This document shows, in pieces, positions 63,524 to 64,000 of a stretch of DNA of 64,000 nt. The stretch is from a virus. The stretch lies in the IMG/VR virus record IMGVR_UViG_3300029337_000249. One strand, 5' to 3'. A model generated the notes under the pieces. The model was not told the DNA's origin. It worked only from the letters and a program-made list of their open reading frames with translations, and made no database searches. The first letter of the stretch is position 1. Each line of letters starts with the position of its first letter. A program made the position numbers and the translations under genes.

Positions 63524-64000
63524 GTGAACGAAAGAATATGGAACCAGCGGATGCTGGGTCTGACTTTTAATGTTGAGGATGGAAGGATCACAATCTTCCG
63601 CAGCACGTTGGAAGCATTAGACTGGCCAACCCACTATCGCTTTCTGTACAACCGAGAGGCAAAACAGGTAGCTGTGCAGAACTGTACGGCTGAGGATGCA
63701 GGAGCTCATAAGACACCGAAGCTGACTGTGAGCAACAGCTGCGAGATCAAGTGCGTGGCGTTGGTGCGGATGATCTACCGGGACATGCGGTGGAACCGGA
63801 ACAATACATATCGTCTGGAGGGGAAAAACGTCCCCAGACAGCAACTTGTGAGTTTCGATCTGGACATTCCGTTTTTGGTGGAAAACGGGAAAGCTCTGGA
63901 CGAAAATCCAAGCCCCACAAAGCCCCTGTGTGGCGAAGAATTGTCCGCTGCGGAAAGTTCCTCGGCCTCGCCAATTAAACGCGACAGTGGGGCGCTGTGA
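63524..64000 (+). CDS. second stand-alone DUF4368-like domain protein (ends TGA at window edge)
   Basis: RITIFRSTLEALDWPTHYRFLYNREAKQVAV...KCVALVRMIYRDMRWN parallels previous ORF. Confidence 0.5.
   Translation: MNERIWNQRMLGLTFNVEDGRITIFRSTLEALDWPTHYRFLYNREAKQVAVQNCTAEDAGAHKTPKLTVSNSCEIKCVALVRMIYRDMRWNRNNTYRLEGKNVPRQQLVSFDLDIPFLVENGKALDENPSPTKPLCGEELSAAESSSASPIKRDSGAL

Overview
This 64-kb window is almost entirely one siphovirus-type prophage (HK97-like head, 1984-aa tape measure) from a moderately high-GC Firmicutes/Clostridia-like host. Nearly every gene is on the + strand. The order runs replication, then an anti-restriction/accessory block, then packaging, head, tail, lysis and integration.

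- Replication block (1-7.9 kb): VRR-NUC nuclease, an SNF2-family helicase whose P-loop is interrupted by an in-frame TAA, a sigma-region-4-like regulator, a MazF/PemK-like domain protein, a primase-helicase and an iteron-type origin.
- Anti-restriction/accessory block (8-20 kb): SAM synthetase (metK), an HNH endonuclease, Zn-ribbon regulators, three DNA methyltransferases (ParB-fused N6/N4 MTase, a second N6/N4 MTase and a 743-aa C5-MTase with a repetitive multi-TL variable region). These are followed by an amidoligase module: an acidic protein carrying a truncated amidoligase-like C-terminal half, an Amidoligase_2-type enzyme, a 78-aa protein, two gamma-glutamyl-cyclotransferase (AIG2/GGCT)-like proteins, DUF4314 and DUF3846. 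This module is the main candidate for an uncharacterised system.
- Small-gene region (20-24 kb): at least eight small genes, each behind a copy of a repeated ~60-90-bp promoter cassette with a near-consensus -35/-10.
- Structural block (24-50 kb): terS (P27 family), terL, portal, ClpP-like prohead protease, HK97 major capsid, connectors, major tail protein, tail chaperone with an A_AAA_AAC -1 frameshift, tape measure, Dit, Tal, a BppU-like protein and two paralogous tail fibres with C-terminal SGNH/GDSL esterase domains.
- Morons inside the tail module: an SPFH/band-7 membrane protein flanked by duplicated hairpin+RBS sequences, and an AT-rich AbiEi/AbiEii abortive-infection pair with its own operator-containing promoter.
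- A 13-G homopolymer lies between the two fibre genes.
- Lysis: holin, a LysM cell-wall-binding protein, a stand-alone Spo0A C-terminal-domain protein and a bifunctional amidase+glucosaminidase endolysin.
- Right end: three large serine recombinases, an XRE repressor (minus strand) with GCTAC-N7-GTAGC operators, an AAA ATPase and stand-alone recombinase-C-terminal-domain paralogs.

No tRNA, CRISPR array, reverse transcriptase or SAM riboswitch was found.
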